Shown here one piece after another: positions 17,947 to 27,515 of a stretch of DNA of 64,000 nt. Each line of letters begins with the position of its first letter. Positions within the stretch are counted from its first letter, which is position 1. The stretch covers positions 1,556,458 to 1,620,457 of the forward strand of contig JADJQW010000002.1 in the NCBI GenBank assembly GCA_016712535.1, read 5' to 3'. Source of the stretch: Flavobacteriales bacterium. GTDB lineage: Bacteria > Bacteroidota > Bacteroidia > Flavobacteriales_F > PHOS-HE28. The notes beneath the pieces were generated by a model that saw only the letters and a list, made by a program, of their open reading frames with translations, searched no databases and had not been told where the DNA came from. Position numbers and translations under genes: made by a program.

Positions 17947-18465
17947 ATGATGCCCCGTTCCCTCTTCCTTGCCCTCGCGCTTCCCTGCGCCTCCTTCGCT
18001 CTTGCGCAGGTCTCCGAGTGCCCCACCTATCATCGTTTCAACTGCGAGCGCTCCGGCGATGCCCGCTTCTCGGTGAACGGCCAGAGCCGAAGCGCCATGG
18101 TGAAGATCGGGGAGGAGACCGAGCTGAACATCATCGTGTACCGCGGCCAGGATTACCGCATCAGCGTCTGCTACGACGACAAGATCCTGGGTGAAGGCCT
18201 GGCCATCCGCCTGGTGGAGAAGATCCGCACCAACAAGCCCGGGGGGGCCAAGGGTGATATGATCGAGACCGAGAAAGTGCTGTGGGACAATACCGAGCAC
18301 GACATGGTGTCCAGCATCGAGTTCAGCTGCACCGCCACCAAGCGCATCGCGGTTGAGGTGAATGCGCCGGGTGCGGCGGAGCGCAAGGGCAAGAAGGCGG
18401 ACATCGACATCGGCTGCGTGGGCATCCTGATCGAGCACATGCCCTCGCCGGGCATCGGATTCTGA
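17947..18465 (+). CDS. hypothetical secreted protein
   Basis: 'MMPRSLFLALALPCASFALAQ' signal peptide, ~170 aa with conserved Cys pairs. Confidence 0.45.
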   Translation: MMPRSLFLALALPCASFALAQVSECPTYHRFNCERSGDARFSVNGQSRSAMVKIGEETELNIIVYRGQDYRISVCYDDKILGEGLAIRLVEKIRTNKPGGAKGDMIETEKVLWDNTEHDMVSSIEFSCTATKRIAVEVNAPGAAERKGKKADIDIGCVGILIEHMPSPGIGF

Positions 18466-18497
18466 AGGCAGCGGCTGCCGGTTGCCCTGCGGCTATA

Positions 18498-19532
18498 TTG
18501 CCCTCCATGTCCGCTGATACCTCCGTGCCGGTCGATGCTCTTCGAGGCCTGCGCGACCTGCTGAGCACGCCGAGGCGGTTGGCCTTGGTCACGCATTACA
18601 ATCCGGACGGTGATGCGATCGGCTCAGCGATCGGCTTCATGCATGTGCTTCGTGCGGCAGGTCACCATGCGCAGGTGCTGCTGCCGAATTCAGCCCCGCC
18701 CTTCCTGCGCTGGATGCCGGGCTATGAGGAAGCCCTGGCGGGCGATGCGCAGCGCGAACAATGCCTTGCGGCCATCCGCGAAGCCGATGCGGTGATCTGC
18801 CTCGACTTCAACCGCCGCGATCGCGTCGGCACGCTGGAGGAAGCCCTTCGTGCAGCACCGTTCACCGTGCTGATCGATCATCATCAGGAGCCTGAGGATT
18901 TCGCGGCGATCTCCTTCAGCGACACAGGTGCATGCGCCACCAGCCAGATGGTGCATGACATCGTGGAGGCGCTGGGCTGGGGCCAGCGCATCGGTCGGGA
19001 AGCGGCCACGTGCCTGTACACGGGCATCGTCACCGATTCCGGGAGCTTCCGCTTCGGCAGCACCACCCCGCACACGATGCGCGTGGCTGCGCGCCTGATG
19101 GAGCGCGGCGTGCGAATCACCGATGTGCATGAGGCCATCGCCGATGACAACCGGCCGGACCGCCTGCGGCTCCTGGGCTTCACGCTCAGCGAGCGCATGG
19201 CGGTGCTGCCCGAGCTCGCCACGGCGATCATCTCCCTAAGCCTCGAAGACCTGAAGCGCTTCAATCATCAGCAAGGCGATACCGAAGGTTTCGTCAACTA
19301 CGGCCTCTCCATGCGCGGCATCCGTCTCGCAGCGCTCTTCATCGAGCGACCTGATCTGGTGAAGGTGAGCCTGCGCAGCAAGGGGCAGCTGCCCGTTGAT
19401 GGACTGGTGCGCGAGCACTTCCATGGCGGTGGGCACCGCAATGCCGCTGGCGGACAGGCCAAGGAGACCCTCGCCGAGGCCGTCGCGCGATTCCGAGCGC
19501 TGCTCCCTGATTTCATCGCCCAGCATCCATGA
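18498..19532 (+). CDS. DHH-family phosphoesterase (NrnA-like oligoribonuclease / pAp phosphatase)
   Basis: 'LVTHYNPDGDAIGSAIG' DHH motif I, 'LIDHHQ' motif and a DHHA1-like C-terminus with 'GGGH'. Confidence 0.7.
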   Translation: MPSMSADTSVPVDALRGLRDLLSTPRRLALVTHYNPDGDAIGSAIGFMHVLRAAGHHAQVLLPNSAPPFLRWMPGYEEALAGDAQREQCLAAIREADAVICLDFNRRDRVGTLEEALRAAPFTVLIDHHQEPEDFAAISFSDTGACATSQMVHDIVEALGWGQRIGREAATCLYTGIVTDSGSFRFGSTTPHTMRVAARLMERGVRITDVHEAIADDNRPDRLRLLGFTLSERMAVLPELATAIISLSLEDLKRFNHQQGDTEGFVNYGLSMRGIRLAALFIERPDLVKVSLRSKGQLPVDGLVREHFHGGGHRNAAGGQAKETLAEAVARFRALLPDFIAQHP

Positions 19533-20033
19533 GGCTCGCTTTTATCCTGCTGTTGGTCGCCTGCAATGGCTCGGCTCCCGCGCCGGTGCAGCAGCAGCCC
19601 GCGACCAAGGAAGAGCTCATCCGCGACAATCGTGATGCGATGCGCCTGGAGGACCGTGACATCGACCTCTACGTGAATCGATTCGCGCTCGATCCGCAGC
19701 GAAGCGGAACCGGCGTGCGGCACCAATTGCTGCGCGATGCGCCCGGCGCCGCCGTGAAGCCCGGCCAATGGGCCCTGGTGCGCTACCGGATGGAGCTGCT
19801 CAATGGCGACACGGCCTACACGAGCAACCCCCGAAGGCCCGGAGGGGTTCCTGGTGGAAGAGGACAATGTGGAGAGCGGGCTGCACGAGGCGATCCAGCA
19901 GCTCTCCGTCGGCGACAGCGCGATCATCATCATCCCCAGCTACCGCGCCCATGGCCTCATCGGCGACCAGGACCGCGTGCCTCCGCGCAGCACGGTGGTG
20001 TACCGCATCGGCCTGGCCGGCATCCGCGAGTGA
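19529..20033 (+). pseudogene. FKBP-type peptidyl-prolyl isomerase lipoprotein interrupted by a +1 frameshift in a C5 run (or sequencing error)
   Basis: The N-terminal part is in frame 2 (signal/lipobox 'LLLVACNG', '...LNGDTAYTSN'). The FKBP core 'PEGPEGFLVEEDNVESGLHEAIQQLSVGDSAIIIIPSYRAHG...' continues in frame 0 (ORF 19803..20033). Removing one C from CCCCC at 19828..19832 joins them. Confidence 0.6.
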
Positions 20034-20035
20034 GC

Positions 20036-20902
20036 ATGCGCTGCATCGGCTTGTTGATCACTGCGGCTGTCATGGCCGCGTGCACCCGCTCACCGCATGC
20101 GGGATACAAAGCGGTGGGCGATCAGGTGCATCTGCGGTACATCGCCTTGGGTGAGGGCGAGCGCGTGCCGGCGGATGGGGACAGCCTGCTGCTGCGCTTC
20201 CGTGCCTCCGGACTGAACGATGAGCCGGGATCGTACTGGAGCACCGAGCGCTGGTACAGCGCCGCGGAGATCCGCGAGGGCGCCTTGCTTCCCGTGCTGC
20301 GCCGCTTGCATGCCGGCGATAGCATGAGCGTGATCGCGCCCGCCTCGCAATGGCCATGGCCCGCGCTCCTGCGCAAGGACATTCCGCCGCCGCACGATAC
20401 GCTCACCGTGCGCATGGAACTGCTCCTGCTCGACCTGCTCACGCCCGCTGCCAGCGATGAGCGAAGGGCGCGATTCAGGGCCAACGACCCCGAAGGCTTC
20501 GAGCGCATGCTGATCGAGGCCTATGCGGCACAGGACAGCGGCGCGTGGACGCGCTGGGGCACCAGCGACCTGCACTACCGGATCAGCGGTGCGCCCCTCG
20601 ATACCGCGCGATGGGCCTTCGGCGATCCGCTGCGCGTGCGCTGGGAGGGCTTCGGCCTGGCCGATGGGCGAGCCATTGACGCCACGGCCAGGAATGGCGG
20701 TGATTTCGCATGGGACTACGGAACCCCCGATCAGTTGCTTCAAGGGCTGGAGGTAGCGGTGAGCCTGCTCCGCGAAGGGCAGCACGGCGAGTTCATCTTC
20801 CCATCGCGCATGGCCTTCGGTGATCGCGGGGTCCCAGGGCTCCTGGAGCCCGGCATGCCGGTGCGCTATGGGGTGAGCGTGGCCAAAGCGGTGCCCGGTT
20901 AG
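20036..20902 (+). CDS. FKBP-type peptidyl-prolyl isomerase domain lipoprotein (possibly GldI-like)
   Basis: Internal ATG with 'MRCIGLLITAAVMAACT' lipobox. C-terminal FKBP-like 'GEFIFPSRMAFGDRGVPGLLEPGMPVRYGVSV'. It lies in tandem with the upstream FKBP gene. Confidence 0.55.
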   Translation: MRCIGLLITAAVMAACTRSPHAGYKAVGDQVHLRYIALGEGERVPADGDSLLLRFRASGLNDEPGSYWSTERWYSAAEIREGALLPVLRRLHAGDSMSVIAPASQWPWPALLRKDIPPPHDTLTVRMELLLLDLLTPAASDERRARFRANDPEGFERMLIEAYAAQDSGAWTRWGTSDLHYRISGAPLDTARWAFGDPLRVRWEGFGLADGRAIDATARNGGDFAWDYGTPDQLLQGLEVAVSLLREGQHGEFIFPSRMAFGDRGVPGLLEPGMPVRYGVSVAKAVPG

Positions 20903-20935
20903 AACATCGCCCCGCCATCAGCGTATCAGCGCGCC

Positions 20936-22372
20936 ATGCGCGCAACATCCACGCTCCCGGTCCTCTTCTTATTCACCGTTAGTGCGTTCGGTCAGGAGCG
21001 CCACGGCCTGCTCCACAGCAATTACGCCGGCGCCGATGCCGCGTGGGTCAATCCGGCGCGCTCCGCCGGCCAATGGCCTTGGCTCGATATCCGCTTCCTC
21101 GGCGCTGATGTGCACGCGTGGAACAGCCTCGTGGCCTACAGCGGTCGCGACCAACGGCTCGTGGGCGAGTTGCGCCAAGGCATGTCCGATGGGGTGGTGG
21201 TGATGCGCTCGGCAGGCGCGGGCCATGCGCATCGCGCGACCGTCTCCATTGGCGTTGCAGGGCCTGGTGTTTCGTTGGCGCTGGGGCGCACCACGGTCGG
21301 ACTCGGGTTGCGCAGCCGGGCCCACGTGAGCGCATCGGGGCTCTCGCCTGCGATGGGCAACTTCATCTTCAATGGGTTGAATTTCGAGCCGCAGCATGGG
21401 GTCCGATTCTCCGATGAAGGCGTTCGCGTGGTCGGAGCGGCGTGGACGGAATTCGGCGTGAACCTGGGCCGGGTGCTGAGGGCGGAAGGCTTCGGGGTCC
21501 TGAGCGCGGGGATCAATGCACGCTACTTGCAAGCGCATGCCGGCGGCGCGCTTTCCTTTTCCGGCATCGACTACACGGTGCTCGACACAGCGCGCGCCAG
21601 CGTGCATGCCGCCACCATGAGCTATGGATTCGCGATGCCAGCGGCGAAAGCCGGCGGCGGCTTCGGCGCCGATCTCGGCATCACCTACACGCGCACGGAC
21701 GACGAGGCCGATGGCTACATGCCGCATCGCAGCAGCGGCGGTTGCACGCCGTTGCGGTACAACTACCGCTTCGGTGCTTCGCTCATCGATCTCGGCGGAT
21801 TGAGCTTCCGCGATGCGCAGTCAGGTGCATTGCAGGCGGGCGGCCTCGACATCGCTGATTACAACGACCTGCCCATCGATGATGAAGGCGACCTGGACAG
21901 CCTCATCGCTAGCGCCACCCGCTGGACGCGCAGCCCTGGGATGCGGATAGGCCTGCCCACGGGGGCCAGCGTGCAATTCGACAAGCGCATCGCCGGTGGC
22001 GCGTACCTGAGCGCGGCGGTGGTGCAGCAGCTGAGCGCGCGCGATGGCCTTCGCTTGCGCCGAGCGAACAGCATCGCCTTCAATGCGCGCTACGAGGCAC
22101 GGCAGATGGAAGTGGCCTTGCCGCTCGTGATCGAGGAGTACGACCTGCGACGCCCCGCGCTGGGCCTCATGGTGCGCTTCAACGGGATCGTGGTGGGCAC
22201 TGATCGCATCGGCCCGCTGGTGAGCAAGCGCGACATGCATGCCGCCGATTTCTACTTCCGCCTGCGCTGGCTCATCAACCGCAGCCCCTTCTGCAAAGGG
22301 AAGCGCAACGCGAAGGCACCTCATGCGCCCGGCAGCGGCGAAGCCTTGCCCTGCACGCAGCCCAACGGCTGA
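20936..22372 (+). CDS. hypothetical outer-membrane (beta-barrel-like) protein
   Basis: Signal peptide 'MRATSTLPVLFLFTVSAFGQE', alternating hydrophobic segments, Gly-rich stretch, 478 aa. Family not recognised. Confidence 0.45.
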   Translation: MRATSTLPVLFLFTVSAFGQERHGLLHSNYAGADAAWVNPARSAGQWPWLDIRFLGADVHAWNSLVAYSGRDQRLVGELRQGMSDGVVVMRSAGAGHAHRATVSIGVAGPGVSLALGRTTVGLGLRSRAHVSASGLSPAMGNFIFNGLNFEPQHGVRFSDEGVRVVGAAWTEFGVNLGRVLRAEGFGVLSAGINARYLQAHAGGALSFSGIDYTVLDTARASVHAATMSYGFAMPAAKAGGGFGADLGITYTRTDDEADGYMPHRSSGGCTPLRYNYRFGASLIDLGGLSFRDAQSGALQAGGLDIADYNDLPIDDEGDLDSLIASATRWTRSPGMRIGLPTGASVQFDKRIAGGAYLSAAVVQQLSARDGLRLRRANSIAFNARYEARQMEVALPLVIEEYDLRRPALGLMVRFNGIVVGTDRIGPLVSKRDMHAADFYFRLRWLINRSPFCKGKRNAKAPHAPGSGEALPCTQPNG

Positions 22373-23101
22373 TCATCTCAGCGATCCGATGAGGAATACC
22401 GCGGGCCGCTTACCGAGCGCGGGTATGCTCTTGCGCCAGGATCCGATCGTGCGGGTTGCCACGCTGCCTCCGGGCTGCGTGAGGTCGATGGCGACGCACA
22501 GCGCCGTGCCAGTTGCGCAGGTGGCCAACAGGTCGGCGAGGAGGGCGTCATTGCGGTAAGGCGTCTCGATGAAGAGCTGCGCGGCACCGGTGCGTTGCGC
22601 TTCCTGCTCCAATCGCTTGATCGCGGCCTTGCGTTCAGCAGGCTTCACCGGCAGGTATCCATGGAACGTGAAGTGCTGCCCATTCAGGCCGGATGCCGCG
22701 AGCGCGAGCAGGAGGGAGGAAGGGCCGATCATCGGCACCACGGTGATCCCAGCGGCGTGCGCCGCGCGCACCAGCAAGGCCCCGGGATCGGCGATGCCGG
22801 GCATGCCGGCTTCGCTGATGATGGCAGCGTCCCTGCCGCCGCTTAATCGACGCAATAGCGCATCCGCTTCCTGGACCGTGCTGTCCTTGTCGAGCCGGTG
22901 CAATTCGAGGCGGGCCAGATCGATTGACGGCACCATGCGTCGGAGCATCTGCCGCGCGGTCCTCTCATGCTCGCAGAAATAGAGCGTGATGCGCGAAGCG
23001 ACGGCGATGTTCTCCGGCGGCACTTGCTCCGTGCCGCCATGGTCACCGAGCCAGACGGGCATCAAGTAAAGCGTGCCGTGCTCAGCGCTGCTCAAGGCCA
23101 T
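22373..23101 (-). CDS. tetrapyrrole-methylase-family SAM-dependent methyltransferase (RsmI-like)
   Basis: 'GTLYLMPVWLGD', 'GMPGIADPG' and 'HGYLP' blocks typical of the RsmI/YraL family, 242 aa. Confidence 0.6.
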   Translation of the reverse strand: MALSSAEHGTLYLMPVWLGDHGGTEQVPPENIAVASRITLYFCEHERTARQMLRRMVPSIDLARLELHRLDKDSTVQEADALLRRLSGGRDAAIISEAGMPGIADPGALLVRAAHAAGITVVPMIGPSSLLLALAASGLNGQHFTFHGYLPVKPAERKAAIKRLEQEAQRTGAAQLFIETPYRNDALLADLLATCATGTALCVAIDLTQPGGSVATRTIGSWRKSIPALGKRPAVFLIGSLR

Positions 23102-23543
23102 CGAGGAGTTGGTTGCTGGCTTCCTTCAGCATGCGGAACACCTCATCGAAGCCCTCGTCGCCTCCGTAGTAGGGGTCGGGCACTTCGCGCAGCGGATGGT
23201 GCGGGGCATGGTCCATGATGAGCATCGCCTTGGTCGCGTGCTCGGGCGATGGAGCCAGCCTACGCATGTTCCGAAGGTTGTCGGCGTCCATGGCCAGGAG
23301 CAGGTCGAAGCGGTCGTAATCGGATTGCTTGAACTGCCGGGCGCGCAGGTCGCTGATCTCCATGCCCTGCTTGCGCATGGCGGCTTGGGCACGGCGGTCG
23401 GGCGGCTCGCCCACGTGGTAGTCGCCCGTGCCTGCGCTATCGGTGCTGAGGGCGATGCCGCGCTCCTTGGCCAAATGGCGCAGCACGCCTTCGGCCATGG
23501 GCGATCGGCAGATATTGCCGAGGCAGACCAGCAGGATCCTCAT
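23082..23543 (-). CDS. low-molecular-weight protein tyrosine phosphatase
   Basis: 'MRILLVCLGNICRSPMAEG' CX5R P-loop and 'DPYYG' DPYY motif, ~154 aa from an internal Met. Confidence 0.8.
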   Translation of the reverse strand: MRILLVCLGNICRSPMAEGVLRHLAKERGIALSTDSAGTGDYHVGEPPDRRAQAAMRKQGMEISDLRARQFKQSDYDRFDLLLAMDADNLRNMRRLAPSPEHATKAMLIMDHAPHHPLREVPDPYYGGDEGFDEVFRMLKEASNQLLDGLEQR

Positions 23544-23600
23544 GGCGGCGAAGGTCGGCACCGGAAGGGAAGGCGTGGCGGCCCCGTTACCTTCGCCGCC

Positions 23601-23921
23601 ATGCAAGCGCCCAAGCTGCCCGCCGCCTTTGGGATCTTCCGGCAACGGAAGCTGCGCGGGTTCGACTATGCGCCGCGCTATTATGATCCGGTGGAGGAGG
23701 AGCGCAAGGAGCGCATCGAGCGGGCGCGCGCGCAAGGGATGGAGGAGGCCAATCTCCGGCGCGATGACCTCCGCGCGCGCATGCGGCACAGCTGGCAGCG
23801 CGATGGCGGCGATCGCGCCAGCATGATGCGGCTGGTGGCGATCATGGGCATGGTCTGCATCATCCTCTACTTCATCATCAAGGGCTTCGGGCTCCTCGAT
23901 CCCAGCGCATGGCCGACCTGA
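23601..23921 (+). CDS. small hypothetical membrane protein
   Basis: Internal ATG of ORF 23073..23921. C-terminal TM segment 'LVAIMGMVCIILYFIIKGF'. Lies just upstream of, and overlapping, the mutL start. Confidence 0.35.
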   Translation: MQAPKLPAAFGIFRQRKLRGFDYAPRYYDPVEEERKERIERARAQGMEEANLRRDDLRARMRHSWQRDGGDRASMMRLVAIMGMVCIILYFIIKGFGLLDPSAWPT

Positions 23922-25735
23922 TAAGGCTGCTGCCCGACCATGTGGCCAACCAGATCGCCGCGGGCGAAGTGGTGCAGCGCCCTGCCAGCGTGGTGAAGGA
24001 ATTGCTCGAGAACAGCCTCGATTCCGGCGCCACGCGCATCACGCTCGCCGTGAAGGATGCGGGCCGCACCCTGATCCAGGTGATCGACGACGGGAAGGGC
24101 ATGAGCCCCACCGACGCGCGCCTCTGCTTCGAGCGGCACGCCACCAGCAAGATCCGCCAGGCCGACGACCTGAGCGCCATACGCACCAAGGGCTTCCGGG
24201 GCGAGGCACTGGCCAGCATCGCGGCCATCGCCCAAGTTGAATCGCGAACGCGCGAGCGCGATCAGGAGCTCGGAACGCGCGTGCTCATCGAGGGGAGCCG
24301 CGTGCGCGCGCAGGAGCCGATCGCCGGTCCGGCCGGCACCAGCATCAGCGTGCGCAGCCTCTTCTTCAACACGCCTGCGCGCCGGCAGTTCCTCAAGAGC
24401 GACAGCGTGGAGCAGAAGCATGTGCTCGACGAGTTCTTCCGCATCGCCCTCGCGCATCCCGATGTGGCCTTCCGGCTGGTGAGCAATGACCGCGAGGAGT
24501 TCAACCTGCAGCCCGGCGCTGCTGATGGGTCGTGGAGCGCGGCCATGCGCCAGCGCATCACGGGCCTTTTCGGCCGCAAGCACGACGAGCGGCTGGTGCC
24601 GGTGGAGGAGGGCACCGACTTCGTGCATGTGCAGGGATTCGTGGGCAAGCCCGAATTCGCGAAGCGCACGCGCGGCGAGCAGTTCTTCTTCGTGAACCGC
24701 CGCTTCATCCGCAGCAACTACCTCGAGCATGCCGTGCGCCGCGCATACGAGGAACTCGTTTCCTCCGACAGCTATCCGGGCTGGTTCCTCTTCATCGACA
24801 TCGATCCCGCGCAGATCGACATCAACATCCATCCCACCAAGACCGAGATCAAGTTCCGCGACGATCGCGCCGTGTATGCCATCGTGCATGCGGCCGTGCG
24901 CCGCGCATTGGGCCGCTTCAACATCACGCCCAGCCTCGATTTCGAGCCGGAGCCCGCCATGATCGCCGCCTCTGCGGCCACAGTGCCCGCCTGGCGGCCC
25001 AGTGACCTCGGCGCGTTCACCTCGCCGCCGCGCCCCAGTCCCGAAGGCTGGCAGAAGCTGTTCGACATGGGCATGGCCTCGCCGGTGGAAGAAGCGACCG
25101 TGGCCACCATGACGGCACGTCCGGCGCCGGACGACTTGGTTCTGCCCTCGCGCGAAGAGGATTCGATCGGCGACCGTCCGGTGTTCCAGCTGCACGGACG
25201 CTACATCGTGGCGCAGGTGCGCAGCGGCGTGCTCGTGGTCGATCAGCACCGCGCGCACGAGCGCATCCTCTATGAGCGCAACCTCCGCCTGCTCGCGCAA
25301 GGAGCGGGCATCACGCAGACGGAGCTCTTCCCGCGCCATGTGGAGCTGAGCGCCACCGATCTGGCATTGGTCGAGGGGGTGCTGCCTGAGCTGCGCTGCA
25401 TGGGCCTCGACCTGGAGCTCTTCGGCGGCCGCACCGTGCAGGTGAACGGCATGCCCGCCGAGAGCGCCGATGAGGATCCTGCGCGGCTCATCGAGCAATT
25501 GCTCGAGCAGCTGCGCTCTGCGGGCAGCGCCCTGCGGAATGAGCGGCACCCGGCTCTGGCGCGCAGCATGGCGCGCAGCATGGCCATACGCCACGGCCGC
25601 GTGCTGGGCATCGCCGAGATGCACGGCCTCATCGACCGGCTCTTCGGCTGCGAGCAGCCCACGAGCACCCCGAGCGGAAAGCCCGTGCTCTTCACCTTCA
25701 CTTTGGACGACCTTAACGAGCGCTTCGAACGCTGA
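23909..25735 (+). CDS. mutL: DNA mismatch repair protein MutL
   Basis: 'IRLLPDHVANQIAAGEVVQRPASVVKELLENSLDSGAT' GHKL ATPase N-terminus, 608 aa. Confidence 0.9.
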   Translation: MADLIRLLPDHVANQIAAGEVVQRPASVVKELLENSLDSGATRITLAVKDAGRTLIQVIDDGKGMSPTDARLCFERHATSKIRQADDLSAIRTKGFRGEALASIAAIAQVESRTRERDQELGTRVLIEGSRVRAQEPIAGPAGTSISVRSLFFNTPARRQFLKSDSVEQKHVLDEFFRIALAHPDVAFRLVSNDREEFNLQPGAADGSWSAAMRQRITGLFGRKHDERLVPVEEGTDFVHVQGFVGKPEFAKRTRGEQFFFVNRRFIRSNYLEHAVRRAYEELVSSDSYPGWFLFIDIDPAQIDINIHPTKTEIKFRDDRAVYAIVHAAVRRALGRFNITPSLDFEPEPAMIAASAATVPAWRPSDLGAFTSPPRPSPEGWQKLFDMGMASPVEEATVATMTARPAPDDLVLPSREEDSIGDRPVFQLHGRYIVAQVRSGVLVVDQHRAHERILYERNLRLLAQGAGITQTELFPRHVELSATDLALVEGVLPELRCMGLDLELFGGRTVQVNGMPAESADEDPARLIEQLLEQLRSAGSALRNERHPALARSMARSMAIRHGRVLGIAEMHGLIDRLFGCEQPTSTPSGKPVLFTFTLDDLNERFER

Positions 25736-26505
25736 TGCAGTACCGCACCGGACCCTTGCAGCACACGCCCACCGTGGTGAAGAACCTGGTGATCATCAAC
25801 GCCATCGTCTTCGGCCTGATGTTCATCAGCGGCGGGATCTTCCTCGGCATCCCGCTCACCACCACGCTCGGGCTGCACTACATCGGCGGACCGGCCTTCG
25901 AGCCCTGGCAGTTGATCTCGCACATGTTCATGCACGGCGGCATCGGGCACATCTTCATGAACATGTTCGGCCTCTTCATGCTCGGCTCGCCGCTCGAGTA
26001 CCACTGGGGATCGAAGCGCTTCCTCAACTTCTACCTCATCTGCGGCCTGGGCGGCGCGGCGCTCAACATGGGCGTGCAGGCCTGGGAGTACAACCAGCTG
26101 GCGGAGCTGATGAGCGTTGCCGATATCGAGCAGGTGCGCGAGCAGGGCCGCATCGCGCTGGTGAATCTCTGGCGCGGCGGTGAAGGCTTCGGCGATGCCG
26201 CGATGAACGAGATGGCGGCCATCCTCTTCACGCCGATGGTGGGCGCGAGCGGAGCCATCTTCGGGATCCTGGCGGCCTTCGGCATCCTGTACCCGAACGT
26301 GGAGCTGATGATCATCTTCTTCCCGGTGCCCATCAAGGCCAAGTGGTTCGTGCTGCTCTACGCGGCTTACGAGACCTACGCAGGCTTCGCCGGGCTGATG
26401 GGCAGCGGCAGCGATAACGTGGCGCATTTCGCGCACCTCGGCGGCGGCTTGATGGGACTTGTGCTCGCCCTGCTCTGGCGCCGCCGATTGAGCCCATGGA
26501 GCTGA
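25735..26505 (+). CDS. rhomboid-family intramembrane serine protease
   Basis: 'HMFMHGGIGHIFMNMFGLFMLG', 'GASGAIFG' catalytic Ser block and 'AHLGG' His block. Confidence 0.8.
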   Translation: MQYRTGPLQHTPTVVKNLVIINAIVFGLMFISGGIFLGIPLTTTLGLHYIGGPAFEPWQLISHMFMHGGIGHIFMNMFGLFMLGSPLEYHWGSKRFLNFYLICGLGGAALNMGVQAWEYNQLAELMSVADIEQVREQGRIALVNLWRGGEGFGDAAMNEMAAILFTPMVGASGAIFGILAAFGILYPNVELMIIFFPVPIKAKWFVLLYAAYETYAGFAGLMGSGSDNVAHFAHLGGGLMGLVLALLWRRRLSPWS

Positions 26506-26523
26506 GCGCACCAACTTTGCGGC

Positions 26524-27417
26524 ATGTTCGAGGAATTGAAGCGGCAGTGGCGGAGCGGCGGGATGGTGATCCGCCTCGTGCTGGTGAATGCGTCCGTTTT
26601 CGTCGCGCTGCACCTGATCAACCTGCCGTTCTGGGCCATGCGCCAGCCGGGCCCGGATATCCTGGGCTGGCTCTGGAGCAGGAGCGACCTCAGTGCCTTG
26701 ATGCTCCGCCCGTGGACGATGGTCACCTACATGTTCACGCACTGGGGATTCGGGCACATCTTCTTCAACCTGCTGCTGCTCTGGTTCATGGGGCGGATCT
26801 TCGAGGACCTGCTCGGCAGCAAGCGCGTGCTGGGCAATTACCTGCTCGGCGGCTTCAGCGGCCTGGCGCTCTACCTGATCGGCTACAACGTGCTGCCGGT
26901 GTACGCGGACCAGGTGGCGGGCAGCAGCATCCACGGCGCCTCGGCGTCCGTGATGGCGGTGCTCGTGGGCATCGCGGCTTACCGGCCCGACTATGAGGTG
27001 CGGCTGCTGCTCTTCGGCACGGTCCGGCTGAAGTGGATCGCGCTGGTGCTCTTCCTCATCGACCTCGTGAGCGTGCAGGAGAGCGCCAACAGCGGCGGCC
27101 ACCTCGCGCACATCGGAGGCGCGCTCTATGGCTACGCGTCATCCATGGCCCTGAAGCGCAGGAGCGGTGCGATGGATTGGTCATTGGCCTTCGTGAACGG
27201 GCTTGAGCGCTTCTTCGGCCGGTTCAAGCGGAAGAGCGGCGCGCGCATGCGCGTGGAGAAGCCCTTCTCCGGCAAGCGCCGTAGCGATGCTGATTTCAAC
27301 GCGGCGAAGCGCGACCACCAGGCGCGCATCGATGCCATCCTCGACAAGATCAGCCGCAGCGGCTACGACAGCCTGAGCAAGGAGGAGAAGGATGTTCTCT
27401 TCAAGGCCGGGAAGTGA
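26524..27417 (+). CDS. rhomboid-family intramembrane serine protease (second paralogue)
   Basis: 'YMFTHWGFGHIFFNLLLLWFMG', 'GASASVMAV' and 'GHLAHIGGALYG'. Confidence 0.75.
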   Translation: MFEELKRQWRSGGMVIRLVLVNASVFVALHLINLPFWAMRQPGPDILGWLWSRSDLSALMLRPWTMVTYMFTHWGFGHIFFNLLLLWFMGRIFEDLLGSKRVLGNYLLGGFSGLALYLIGYNVLPVYADQVAGSSIHGASASVMAVLVGIAAYRPDYEVRLLLFGTVRLKWIALVLFLIDLVSVQESANSGGHLAHIGGALYGYASSMALKRRSGAMDWSLAFVNGLERFFGRFKRKSGARMRVEKPFSGKRRSDADFNAAKRDHQARIDAILDKISRSGYDSLSKEEKDVLFKAGK

Positions 27418-27515
27418 ATTGGCTGAAGGTTGTTCTTTCGCTTCGCTCAGAATGAAAGGTTGATTCTTGAAGGTGATTCCGGTGCCGCGTCGATCCGAAG
27501 GGTCGACAACGATAA

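Noticed and set aside
19529-20902. Single 457-aa ORF spanning two FKBP genes
   Set aside because: The long frame-2 ORF is read-through of GC-rich DNA. Conserved FKBP residues switch to frame 0 at the C5 run, and a second gene with its own lipobox begins at 20036. It is reported as a pseudogene plus a separate CDS.
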